Assembly: GCA_963722935.1 (NCBI GenBank)
Contig: CAVROY010000004.1
Span: 1,147,495 to 1,211,494, forward strand
Length of the DNA: 64,000 nt
Direction of reading: 5' to 3'
DNA from: an uncultured Acidobacteriaceae bacterium
Lineage (GTDB): Bacteria; Acidobacteriota; Terriglobia; Bryobacterales; Bryobacteraceae
The position numbers and the translations under genes were made by a program. Positions within the stretch are counted from its first letter, which is position 1. Each line of letters opens with the position of its first letter. This document shows, piece after piece, positions 49,201-57,762 of this stretch. Under the pieces are notes generated by a model. It was not told the origin of the DNA and ran no database searches. It saw nothing but the letters and a program-made list of their open reading frames with translations.

Positions 49201-49593
49201 TCAGGCTGTTACCGTCGCAAAATCCGCGATCTTGGCGTGCCGCCACAGGCGCTCCAGATCGTAGTAGGCGCGTGCAGTTTCCGAGAACACGTGCACGATG
49301 AAATCGCCGTAATCCATCAGAATCCATTCGGCCGTGTCATATCCCTCAATGCTGATGGGCAGTTCGCCTATGGCTTTTAGCTGTTTTTCGATTTCGTCCG
49401 ACACGGCATGGCCCTGGCGCGGATTCGCGACCGAACAGATCACGAAAAAATCGGTAAACGAAGTAGCTTCCCGCAAGTCCAGAACGCGTAAATCCGTGGC
49501 TTTCTTGGATTCCGCGGCATTGGCAGCCGCCAGCCAACTCCGGATTTCGGGAGGCGTAACGGCGGATTCGCGATGAACAGAACGGCGTGTCAG
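49201..49593 (-). CDS. rsfS: ribosome silencing factor RsfS (start codon uncertain)
   Basis: DFFVICSVANPRQGHAVSDEI...EWILMDYGDFIVHVFSETARAYYDLERLW is the RsfS core. Homology clearly continues upstream of the ORF-track TTG at 49476 (PPEIRSWLAAANAAESKKATDLRVLDL). No in-frame ATG, GTG or TTG exists before the stop at about 49640. CTG at 49593 is the only near-cognate candidate. Confidence 0.75.
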   Translation of the reverse strand: MTRRSVHRESAVTPPEIRSWLAAANAAESKKATDLRVLDLREATSFTDFFVICSVANPRQGHAVSDEIEKQLKAIGELPISIEGYDTAEWILMDYGDFIVHVFSETARAYYDLERLWRHAKIADFATVTA

Positions 49594-49709
49594 ACTGGTT
49601 GAAACGTGCTCCTGCGCCTAGCGTACTACAGAAACCGGCGCGTCGGCCAGAGCTTCTGAAAAGACCCCAGTTCGTATCTTTGCGGGAGGGCTCGTCGTCT
49701 AAACAGTGC

Positions 49710-50600
49710 ATGGCTGGCCGATCGAAATGGCAGGGCGGTAGATTTTGCGCCTGGCTTCTCTGCAGCCTTGCTGCGGTGCCCTGGTTGTGCGCCGCAACCG
49801 ATACAGCGGCCGCAAGATATGACGCGCTGGCCAACACACTGCTGGAGCGTGCACAGAGCGAAGTAACCCGTATTCAGGCGCTAGTCGAACAAGGGACTCT
49901 GCCCAAGAGCCAGCTCGAAGAAGCGAAGTTGCGGCTGGCTGATGCCGAAGACGAAGCCACTCTGGCGCGAACGCTTTACGGACCCGTCCGGCTGCAGGAT
50001 ATGGCCCCGGAGGACGTGAAATCGATGGTCGAGGCGGCGCAGAGGCGAGTGGACCGGCAAGCAAAAATCGTTCAAGATCGTCGTGTACTGCTGGATTCCG
50101 GAATCCTGGCCAAATCGGAATTCAATGCGTTTCAGGACGAGCTGGATTCTCGAAGGCGCGTTCTGGAGCTGGCGCAGAATCGCTTGACGCTCCTCGAGGA
50201 GCTTCGGCAAATGGCGGCCATGGAGCAGCGTCTCACACAGGCGGCGCAGATGGATGCGGCCGAATTGAAGAACCTAATGATCCGATACGACGGCAATGGC
50301 TTATTCGATCTGAAGGAACTCCCGACTATCTCCGCCGACTTCGAAAAGCACTTTCATCACGCGTTGCCGATCAGCGCGCTAGGTCAGACGCAGGTGCACA
50401 CATCCATGGGTCTGGACCACCGGAATCGCGTGGATGTGGCGCTGAATCCCGATCAGCCGGAGGGTATCTGGTTGCGCCAATTGCTTGAAAAGTTGCGAGT
50501 CCCCTATCTGGCATTCCGCAGCGCGATCGCAGGAGCGGCCACGGCCCCTCACATACACATCGGAACGGGCAGCAGCAGGTTAAAGCTGGCGGCGAGATAA
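49710..50600 (+). CDS. secreted coiled-coil protein with a C-terminal His/Asp-rich globular domain (hypothetical)
   Basis: ATG 49710 gives MAGRSKWQGGRFCAWLLCSLAAVPWLCAA, which is signal-like. About 190 aa of heptad-like Leu/Glu/Arg/Gln sequence follow. Then comes VHTSMGLDHRNRVDVAL...APHIHIG. Confidence 0.5.
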   Translation: MAGRSKWQGGRFCAWLLCSLAAVPWLCAATDTAAARYDALANTLLERAQSEVTRIQALVEQGTLPKSQLEEAKLRLADAEDEATLARTLYGPVRLQDMAPEDVKSMVEAAQRRVDRQAKIVQDRRVLLDSGILAKSEFNAFQDELDSRRRVLELAQNRLTLLEELRQMAAMEQRLTQAAQMDAAELKNLMIRYDGNGLFDLKELPTISADFEKHFHHALPISALGQTQVHTSMGLDHRNRVDVALNPDQPEGIWLRQLLEKLRVPYLAFRSAIAGAATAPHIHIGTGSSRLKLAAR

Positions 50601-50613
50601 GCTCGCTCCTCGC

Positions 50614-51168
50614 GTGCGGAGGTTCGCTACCATTGCAGCAATGTCCGCTGCCCAAGAACGCGTTCTACTCTCTACCACGCAGATCCAGCAGCGCGTTCGA
50701 GAGCTCGCGCAGCAGATAGAGGCAGATTATCCGAACGGCCCGATCTATCTCGTCTCGGTTCTGAAGGGCGCCTTCATGTTTGTGGCCGACTTGGCCCGAG
50801 CCATTCAGCGTCCTTCCGTGCGCATCGAGTTCATGGGGATTTCAAGTTACGGCGCCGAGAAGACAAGTTCCGGCCAGGTGAAGGTCACGCGCGATCTCGA
50901 CGTCAATATCGAGGGCCAGCACGTATTGATCGTGGAAGACATCATCGACAGCGGCGTAACGCTAAGTTATCTCGCCAGACTCTTGCAACAGCGCAGGCCG
51001 AAATCTCTCGAAATCGTGACGCTGCTCGATAAACCGGAGCGCCGCGTTCGACCCGTGACCGTGAAGTATGTTGGATTTCAAATCCCAGACGAATTTGTTG
51101 TTGGGTACGGTCTGGATTATGCGGAAGATTATCGCAACCTGAGCGATATTCGCGTACTCAGCGCATGA
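50614..51168 (+). CDS. hpt: hypoxanthine phosphoribosyltransferase
   Basis: The PRPP-binding loop is VLIVEDIIDSGVTLSYL. LVSVLKGAFMFVADL and VVGYGLDYAEDYRNL are also present. An alternative ATG lies at 50641. Confidence 0.9.
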   Translation: MRRFATIAAMSAAQERVLLSTTQIQQRVRELAQQIEADYPNGPIYLVSVLKGAFMFVADLARAIQRPSVRIEFMGISSYGAEKTSSGQVKVTRDLDVNIEGQHVLIVEDIIDSGVTLSYLARLLQQRRPKSLEIVTLLDKPERRVRPVTVKYVGFQIPDEFVVGYGLDYAEDYRNLSDIRVLSA

Positions 51169-51955
51169 CGAGGGCCGATGGAGCCTTCATGCTTCGCACT
51201 GGCGAGTAAAGAACCTCGAGCACATCACGCACGTACTGTTCCGAACTGAGCTGATCGATGGAGTCTGCAGGAAACTCGACCAGCGAATGAAAATAGGAAG
51301 CGAGTTCATTGAACAGCAGCACCCGTGCGCGATCTTCAAGACGGTCACGACTCAGCAGCGCATCGAGCGCGAGTGCGGCGGCAGGTGCAGGAACGCGCTG
51401 CCGGAGCCGCGCGCATAGAAGTTGGTGGTCGAGAAGGGAATTGTAGCGGCTTTTGCCCAGAGCATCGATATTCATTCTGGTCGCGCCCCGCATTCGGACC
51501 ACGATGGTGCCCGCCGCTAAATCGCCTAGCCTCTGAAGCCGGCGATTCGAGAGCATAGTGATTGCTCCGACGAGGCCGAAGATAGGGAGCAAGTCGAAGG
51601 CGCGAATCAGATTACGAACGGCGACCTGGTAGAACCGCAGCTCTAAGCCGGCCATATCCATGACGCGGAGTCCAAACAGCCATTTGCCGATCGTCTGGCC
51701 GCTCCAGTAGTACTCGCAAATCATTCCGTAGAGCAGCCAGGCAGCGAGGTAGAAGACGATCAGAATTCCGGCGCCGAGATCCTGCTGAATGAACCGGATA
51801 ACGGTACTGATTTGTTCAAAGGCCGTGGCGAGAGCGGAAATCACGCATACGTCAATCAGGAAGGCCAGACAGCGGGTCACCGGTCCGCCAAGCGGCAGGG
51901 CGAAGGTCACGCCTTCGGGGAGCCGGATTTCGAGCTTCTGACGGTCTCGAATCAT
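51158..51955 (-). CDS. RDD-family membrane protein
   Basis: RCLAFLIDVCVI..., GQTIGKWLFGLRVMD and RLGDLAAGTIVV form the RDD-domain pattern. This is the last gene of the 12-gene array. Confidence 0.75.
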   Translation of the reverse strand: MIRDRQKLEIRLPEGVTFALPLGGPVTRCLAFLIDVCVISALATAFEQISTVIRFIQQDLGAGILIVFYLAAWLLYGMICEYYWSGQTIGKWLFGLRVMDMAGLELRFYQVAVRNLIRAFDLLPIFGLVGAITMLSNRRLQRLGDLAAGTIVVRMRGATRMNIDALGKSRYNSLLDHQLLCARLRQRVPAPAAALALDALLSRDRLEDRARVLLFNELASYFHSLVEFPADSIDQLSSEQYVRDVLEVLYSPVRSMKAPSALVMR

Positions 51956-51956
51956 C

Positions 51957-52955
51957 TCAACGGTTCAGTTTCGTCGCGTGTCGGCCGGCTCGGGCGAAGA
52001 ACCATCCCAGGAGCAGCAACTCCACGAATCCGAAGATAATTTTGAAGGCGTATGGCAGCACAGGCTCGTGGTACTGCGAGATACACGCTTCGATCAATCC
52101 GGCCCAAACGAGCATCAACGCGGCTCCCATGCTCAGGTGAAACACGTCCGGAGCGGCGGCGCGCAGACGCTCGGATTGGGGAGAACGCGTTCGCGAGCCG
52201 ATGAGCGCGCTCGCCAGCAGGAGTCCGGCTTGGCTCGCCACAAGCAATGCCGGTATTTCAAATGCGCCGTGGGGCAGAAGCCAGCCGACCAGGAATTTGG
52301 TTTGCCCGGCATGGACGTAATCGGCGCAGACGGCGCCAAGATCCACGCCGTTGGTGAACAACAATAAGATCGTGCCGACACCGAAGCTCATGCCTGCCGC
52401 CATCGAAAAAAAGGCAACGCTGATGTTGTGCGTCATCAAAGAAGCCGAAAACGCGATCTGATGGCCGGTGATGTATTTCCCGCGGTCCTTTTCCTCCTGC
52501 TTTACGCGCTCGGCGGGATCGTTCATCAGATGAGGGAAGGGCATCAGAACCGATTTTGCTTCGCGATCGATATTCATGAGGGCCACACCCGTGGCGCAGC
52601 CAACGGACATCAGAGCGGTTGCGAGTGCAAATGCGCGCCAGCGGCGGCGAAAGACGATCGGCAAGGTGCGCGTGAGCCACTCGAATGGTTTGAACGAGCG
52701 GCGTCTGCGAAAAGAGTGAATCTGCGCGTAGGCGCGTGCAACCAGCGCTTCGAGAAAGGCCGACAGCTCGGGCTGCGATGTCTCCTGTAAACGAGCGAGG
52801 GCCGCGGCACAGTGTTGATAAAGATCGAAGAGCCGCACAGATTCCTCGAGCGACGGGCGATGGAAACGGTCCCTCTCGAAGGGAAGCAGCATACGTTCGA
52901 GCTCTTCCCATTTAGGACGCTCGCGAGCGACGAAACGCTCAAGGTCCAGAATCAT
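51957..52955 (-). CDS. SpoIIM-like (DUF95) membrane protein
   Basis: The ATG at 52955 gives MILDLERFVARERPKWEELE. ...THNISVAFFSMAAGMSFGVGTILLLFTNGVDLGAV...LLPHGAFEIPALLVASQAG is the DUF95/SpoIIM signature. The longer ORF-track version runs into the upstream gene. Confidence 0.75.
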   Translation of the reverse strand: MILDLERFVARERPKWEELERMLLPFERDRFHRPSLEESVRLFDLYQHCAAALARLQETSQPELSAFLEALVARAYAQIHSFRRRRSFKPFEWLTRTLPIVFRRRWRAFALATALMSVGCATGVALMNIDREAKSVLMPFPHLMNDPAERVKQEEKDRGKYITGHQIAFSASLMTHNISVAFFSMAAGMSFGVGTILLLFTNGVDLGAVCADYVHAGQTKFLVGWLLPHGAFEIPALLVASQAGLLLASALIGSRTRSPQSERLRAAAPDVFHLSMGAALMLVWAGLIEACISQYHEPVLPYAFKIIFGFVELLLLGWFFARAGRHATKLNR

Positions 52956-52974
52956 CGCGGCTTCAGCCTCCGGT

Positions 52975-54321
52975 TCAAAGCGCTTGTCTCGCTTTGATGT
53001 CCAGGTACTGGGTCGCGGCCACCAGGCCGAGCCGCCCTGGGGCCACGGTATGCATTCGAACACCGACCCTGGCGAGTTGCGCGCGCACTTCAGCCACTTT
53101 CTTCCAAAGCATGTGACCTGCGAGTTTACCGTAAATGTCATCGAGGTCGTCCACTTGCAAATCGGAGAACAGAGGTGCTGTGTGGGCGTCGGTCGGAGAA
53201 GCGACGACCAGTAGATGTTGGCGGACGAGCAAGCGGCTCGCCTCAAAAAAAAGGTCCGCAAGCTGCGGCTCGGCGAGAGAAGTGAAGAAAATTATCAGCG
53301 CCCGGTGTTTAACTCTGGTGCGCAGGGTCGTGCAGAGATCGTCGTAAGCGGGCGCTACCATGCGCGGACGCAAAGGATAGAGAACCCGGCGAAACAGTCG
53401 ATCGAAGTCTGCCGCGTGGCTCGCTTTGACGAAAGACTCCAACTTATTGCTGAAAGTAGCGAAGCCGAAGCGGTCGCCCGTTTCGCGAACGGCGAAGTGG
53501 AGCATGAGGGCGGAACGGATGTATTCGTCCAGAACGGTGGCTGTCTCGCCGTCTTTACGCAGAACCCGGCGGCCGGAGAGGCGCGAAAAATCGATGCATG
53601 CGTAGATGTCCTGAGTGCGCTCAATCTGGTATTCGCGAACGATCGGAGTGCGGCGTCGGGCGGTCGCTTTCCAGTCAATGTCGCCAAAATCGTCGCTTGG
53701 TATGTACTCCCGGAGCTGTTCGAACTCGCGGCCATGACCCTTGCGAGCGATGATGCGGTGACCCGCGCTTTGCTGTGAAGCCAGCAGCCGCGCGGCTTCT
53801 TTGTAGATTTGCCGTACGGGCGGTTCGACCAAAATCATCGATTGCGCGGGTATGGTGCGGCGCAGATGCCAAAGGCCAAGGCGGGATGGACCGCCGACAA
53901 ACGCCTGCGCAACAAAAAACCTTCCACGTTCCCGGCCAAGCAGGGACATTTCGCTCTGTAAACCTTGCCGCGCACCCGGCGAAGGCATGACGATGTCATC
54001 GCGAATGGCCTCGACATCGGGCGGCAGCGCGATTGCGACGCGGACGTGACGAGGCGCAGGCGAGGCGGAGGCGTCGCGATGAAGCTCAATTGCAAAAGTG
54101 GCCGCTTCGTTCACGGTTGCACGGATAGTTTCCGGCAGCACGAGCGAAAAACTGCTCAACCAGCGCTGGGAGAGGAGAAAATCGCAGACGCAAACCGCAC
54201 ACAGGGCCAGGGTGCACAGGGCCAGGTAGAGTTTTCCGCCCGGCAAAATCGCCGGCAGCAGGCAGGCCGGTAGGAAGACGAGACCGGTGAGCCAGAGCAG
54301 GCGGACAGACGGCGTGACCAT
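52975..54321 (-). CDS. DUF58 domain-containing protein
   Basis: It has two N-terminal TM helices. REYIPSDDFGDIDWKATARRRTPIVREYQIERTQDIY is the DUF58 hallmark. The gene is directly downstream of MoxR. Confidence 0.85.
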   Translation of the reverse strand: MVTPSVRLLWLTGLVFLPACLLPAILPGGKLYLALCTLALCAVCVCDFLLSQRWLSSFSLVLPETIRATVNEAATFAIELHRDASASPAPRHVRVAIALPPDVEAIRDDIVMPSPGARQGLQSEMSLLGRERGRFFVAQAFVGGPSRLGLWHLRRTIPAQSMILVEPPVRQIYKEAARLLASQQSAGHRIIARKGHGREFEQLREYIPSDDFGDIDWKATARRRTPIVREYQIERTQDIYACIDFSRLSGRRVLRKDGETATVLDEYIRSALMLHFAVRETGDRFGFATFSNKLESFVKASHAADFDRLFRRVLYPLRPRMVAPAYDDLCTTLRTRVKHRALIIFFTSLAEPQLADLFFEASRLLVRQHLLVVASPTDAHTAPLFSDLQVDDLDDIYGKLAGHMLWKKVAEVRAQLARVGVRMHTVAPGRLGLVAATQYLDIKARQAL

Positions 54322-54340
54322 TCGTCGAGCCTAGAATCGC

Positions 54341-55306
54341 TCAGCGCGGGACCGGCACGTCCGAGAGAAGCTGCTTCACGAGCTCCGTTGCCGTGGCGCC
54401 TTCCAGCTCGAATTCCGGCTTGAGAACGAGCCGATGTTCGAGCACCGGCGCAGCCAGCGAGCGGACATCGTCGGGCGTCACGAAGTCACGAGCTTCCAGC
54501 GCCGCGAAAGCGCGGCTCGCGAGCAAAAGCGCCTGCGTGGCCCGCGGTCCCGCGCCGGAAAGAATGCCTTCGTGCGTGCGGGTTCGACGAACCAGATCCA
54601 CCACGTAGGCGGTAAGTTCCTCTCGGACCGTCACGTGATTCAGGTCGCCCCGTAGGCGATCGATTTGATCGGGCTCGAGGACGATGGCAACTTCGCCTCG
54701 CTCCAGAACGGCTTCGGGTGACTCGCCCGCCAGCATGCGGTGAGCAAGTTCCAATTCGTCGTCACGTTCCGGCCAGCCGATCGCGATTTTCATAAGAAAA
54801 CGATCCTTCTGGGCTTCCGGGAGCGGGTAAGTGCCCTCGAATTCGATCGGGTTCTGCGTGGCGAAAACAGTAAAGGCGGAGGACAGTTGATGAGTCACCC
54901 CGTCGACGCTTACCGTTCGTTCCTGCATTGCCTGCAGCAAAGCGGCCTGCGTTTTCGCGGGTGCGCGATTAATCTCGTCGGCCAGCAGAAACGAAGTAAA
55001 GATGGGGCCGCGGCGAAATTCGAACACACCATCCCGCAGATTGAAAATACTTGTTCCCGTGATATCGGAAGGCATTAAGTCGGGTGTGAACTGAATGCGC
55101 TGGAAATCACAGCGCATGATTCGCGCCAGCGTTCTAACTAGCAATGTCTTGGCCAGACCCGGCACGCCTTCGACCAGCGCATGCTGGCCCGTGAGGATCG
55201 CAATGAGTGAGAAGCGAACAGCGTCGTCCTGGCCGATGATGACTTTGCCTACTTCTCTCTTAATGTCCGCAAGTGTGTCCTGCAGCGTAGCGGTCTCTGC
55301 GTTCAA
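54341..55306 (-). CDS. MoxR-family AAA+ ATPase
   Basis: Walker A is GVPGLAKT and Walker B is LLADEINRA. RIQFTPDLMPSDITG and PEAQKDRF are MoxR-specific motifs. Confidence 0.9.
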   Translation of the reverse strand: MNAETATLQDTLADIKREVGKVIIGQDDAVRFSLIAILTGQHALVEGVPGLAKTLLVRTLARIMRCDFQRIQFTPDLMPSDITGTSIFNLRDGVFEFRRGPIFTSFLLADEINRAPAKTQAALLQAMQERTVSVDGVTHQLSSAFTVFATQNPIEFEGTYPLPEAQKDRFLMKIAIGWPERDDELELAHRMLAGESPEAVLERGEVAIVLEPDQIDRLRGDLNHVTVREELTAYVVDLVRRTRTHEGILSGAGPRATQALLLASRAFAALEARDFVTPDDVRSLAAPVLEHRLVLKPEFELEGATATELVKQLLSDVPVPR

Positions 55307-55355
55307 AGATGGTGTACCTGGCCCGAATCTCTAGTTTATTGCGCGGTGAAACTTC

Positions 55356-56486
55356 TCATCCTCGATGCGTAGACTTTACGCGTTCCCCCATCCATCTGAA
55401 CTCATCGGGGGCACGCGCGGGCTCGATTACGGACAAACGGCTCAGGTCCTCAGTCGGCAGCGGATGCGTGAATCCTTGGGAGTACTTGCCGCTATGGTTC
55501 CATTCTTCGGCGCAGACGCGAAGGATGGATGTATTTGGGACACTTTGCATCAGGAGATTGGTCAGCGCGGAGTGGGCATCGCGACCGGCTACTGTCGTGC
55601 TGGGGCGACCCGGAAAGCGCGGCACGAAACTGATTGCGCTGTACCAGATGTAGAGGATAGCCAAAACAAGAAAGCCCAGCAGCGCCCATTCGAGGCCATG
55701 CTTCACAGCCAGGCCGGTTACCGTGCCACTATCTTCGAGACCAAGATGGCTCTCATCGAAGATCACCGGGCGCCGCGGGCCGGAAACCTGGGCGAGCAAT
55801 TGAGCATCGGGGTGAAGCAATAATGCCCGATTCGTAAAGTAACTTGCGTTCGAGATGAGCAGTATACTGCCTCGGCCGAAATCCCGCTCCAGTAACTGCG
55901 GGTGGCTGTCTCGAACCTCCAAAGGAACCCACTTATTATTCCAGGACGCGAACCAATATACAGCGCGAAAGAAGTTCAATTTCGTGAGGATCGTGCTGTC
56001 GGAGCTGTCGCGATGCAGTTCACTGAAGCCGAGCTCAACACCCCATCGGGTCTTCAGCGTGTTCTCGGGTACTGGCTGTTTGGATAGATCCCGCCTCCGG
56101 AGTTCGGTGTCAGACCTGGCCAGGATGCTGTAGGGATCGAATGCGATGAGGATGCGGCCTCCTTGTGTGGCCAGATCCTCGAGCTGTTTCAGATCTTTTG
56201 CATCCGAATAGCGAAAGCTCGTCAGCGATGTACCGGCGAAAAAGACGGTGGCTCGCGTGCCGGCGAGTTTGTGGAGCGGCAAGTAGTTACGTGAGGTCTG
56301 GTAACCAAGCGCGCGGAGAGCTTCGAAATATGCCTTAATACCGTCCGAACTGTTGTTCAGTGAAGAGTACGCGGGATAGTTATAAGTGCTCTCGGCGCGC
56401 CGCAGAACGGATCGTACGATAACGACAAAAAACGACAGAGCGAGCGCTAGAACCGCCGCTAACGTGAATCGCCGGCGCGTGTCCAT
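55356..56486 (-). CDS. DUF4350 domain-containing membrane-anchored protein
   Basis: The ATG at 56486 gives MDTRRRFTLAAVLALALSFFVVIV, an N-terminal anchor. GIKAYFEALRALGYQT......FFAGTS.....DAKDLKQLEDLATQGGRILIAFDP fits the DUF4350 pattern. A C-terminal TM helix is also present. Confidence 0.65.
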   Translation of the reverse strand: MDTRRRFTLAAVLALALSFFVVIVRSVLRRAESTYNYPAYSSLNNSSDGIKAYFEALRALGYQTSRNYLPLHKLAGTRATVFFAGTSLTSFRYSDAKDLKQLEDLATQGGRILIAFDPYSILARSDTELRRRDLSKQPVPENTLKTRWGVELGFSELHRDSSDSTILTKLNFFRAVYWFASWNNKWVPLEVRDSHPQLLERDFGRGSILLISNASYFTNRALLLHPDAQLLAQVSGPRRPVIFDESHLGLEDSGTVTGLAVKHGLEWALLGFLVLAILYIWYSAISFVPRFPGRPSTTVAGRDAHSALTNLLMQSVPNTSILRVCAEEWNHSGKYSQGFTHPLPTEDLSRLSVIEPARAPDEFRWMGERVKSTHRG

Positions 56487-56494
56487 GTAAGGTT

Positions 56495-57706
56495 TCAGGC
56501 CGAGGCCGCCTTCCATGGCTTCTTGCCTGTTCGTTTCAGATACAGGTGCGCTGTCACGAAGAGAGCCGAAATTGTGAATACCAGAAGAAGTATCTGCTGC
56601 CACCATGGCAGATTCGGGTCGGCATCCGTGCTCAGGGCATCGCCGCCAACGCAGCACAGTACGTGGACGCAGAAGACTTCTATAGAAGCTAAACCGAGTA
56701 TCGCCAGATAGGGAACAAACGGAAGCGCGGCTATACGCGATCCAAACCGCACGAGTACGATCGTCAGAGCCGCGAAGTTGATCAGACGCACGGGCGCAAG
56801 ATGCCATTTGTCGATCAGCCATCCATACGCGTTTGGATCCATCCAGTGATCCAGCGGGCAATAGCGGAGCACGAGACACACCGCGGCTATCACGATGCTG
56901 AGCTTCAGCAACCATCTAGGAATTCGTGTTTCCGAATCCTCTTGAGGGCTTGCACTTGCGCCGGAGAGACTGCCGGCATACAGGCTTCCGAGCGCAATAC
57001 CAACCATCCACAGAAACTGCCACGCATAACTGTCGAAAGCCCCGGTCGAGTTTTCCGGCACGGACAGTCCGAAGAAGTTCATGTGCTGGTGAATCCATGC
57101 TCGGAGCCCAAATTGTGCGGCCGCCCAAACGGCCAGGCTGGGATAGATCACATAGTCCCAACCCCAGCGGCCTGCGATCTCGCGTGCGAATGGAGTCAGA
57201 ATCATGAACACGATGTACATCGGCAGGATATCCAGGAGAGAAGGACGGTATTGCAGGAGCGCGCCTGCGATCACCGCGTTAGTTGGACGCTGCAGGTAGA
57301 ACGAGAGGAGATTTTGAAGAGCCAGCCGGTGGAAGGAAATGCCGAATTCCGCCACCAAGGTGAAGGCAATCGCGAGCAGCCCGCAGTGATACAAGTAGAT
57401 GCGCGCCGTTCTCTTCGCGAGATCGCGCAGGGTGGCGAGTTGGCCGGCTCTTTGTTCGATTCGATGCTCGAGTTGGCCCAGCATAAAGGCAGAAAGAAAG
57501 ATGAATCCTTCGGCGCCGGAAACGAACCCGAAGGTCTGATTTGAAATCAGGCTGGCCTTGGTGGGTAAGTGGGTGAGCGCCATCCAAAGCAGCAGGAATC
57601 CGCGAAGAATATCCAACTCGATAATGCGGCGGTGAGGCTTTTGCCCGGCGTCGACTTGGCCGTCGCTCGGACTTCCTGAAACCGGGATGGGTTGGGCAGA
57701 TGCCAT
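56495..57706 (-). CDS. OpgC / acyltransferase-3-like polytopic membrane protein
   Basis: RRIIELDILRGFLLLWMALTHLP is an N-terminal motif typical of OpgC/DUF1624/acyltransferase_3 proteins. About 10 hydrophobic helices are present. Confidence 0.5.
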   Translation of the reverse strand: MASAQPIPVSGSPSDGQVDAGQKPHRRIIELDILRGFLLLWMALTHLPTKASLISNQTFGFVSGAEGFIFLSAFMLGQLEHRIEQRAGQLATLRDLAKRTARIYLYHCGLLAIAFTLVAEFGISFHRLALQNLLSFYLQRPTNAVIAGALLQYRPSLLDILPMYIVFMILTPFAREIAGRWGWDYVIYPSLAVWAAAQFGLRAWIHQHMNFFGLSVPENSTGAFDSYAWQFLWMVGIALGSLYAGSLSGASASPQEDSETRIPRWLLKLSIVIAAVCLVLRYCPLDHWMDPNAYGWLIDKWHLAPVRLINFAALTIVLVRFGSRIAALPFVPYLAILGLASIEVFCVHVLCCVGGDALSTDADPNLPWWQQILLLVFTISALFVTAHLYLKRTGKKPWKAASA

Positions 57707-57762
57707 CGACTTACCTACAATCTAGGACAGTGGGCGCAACGCGGGAACACTCTTCGCCGTAC

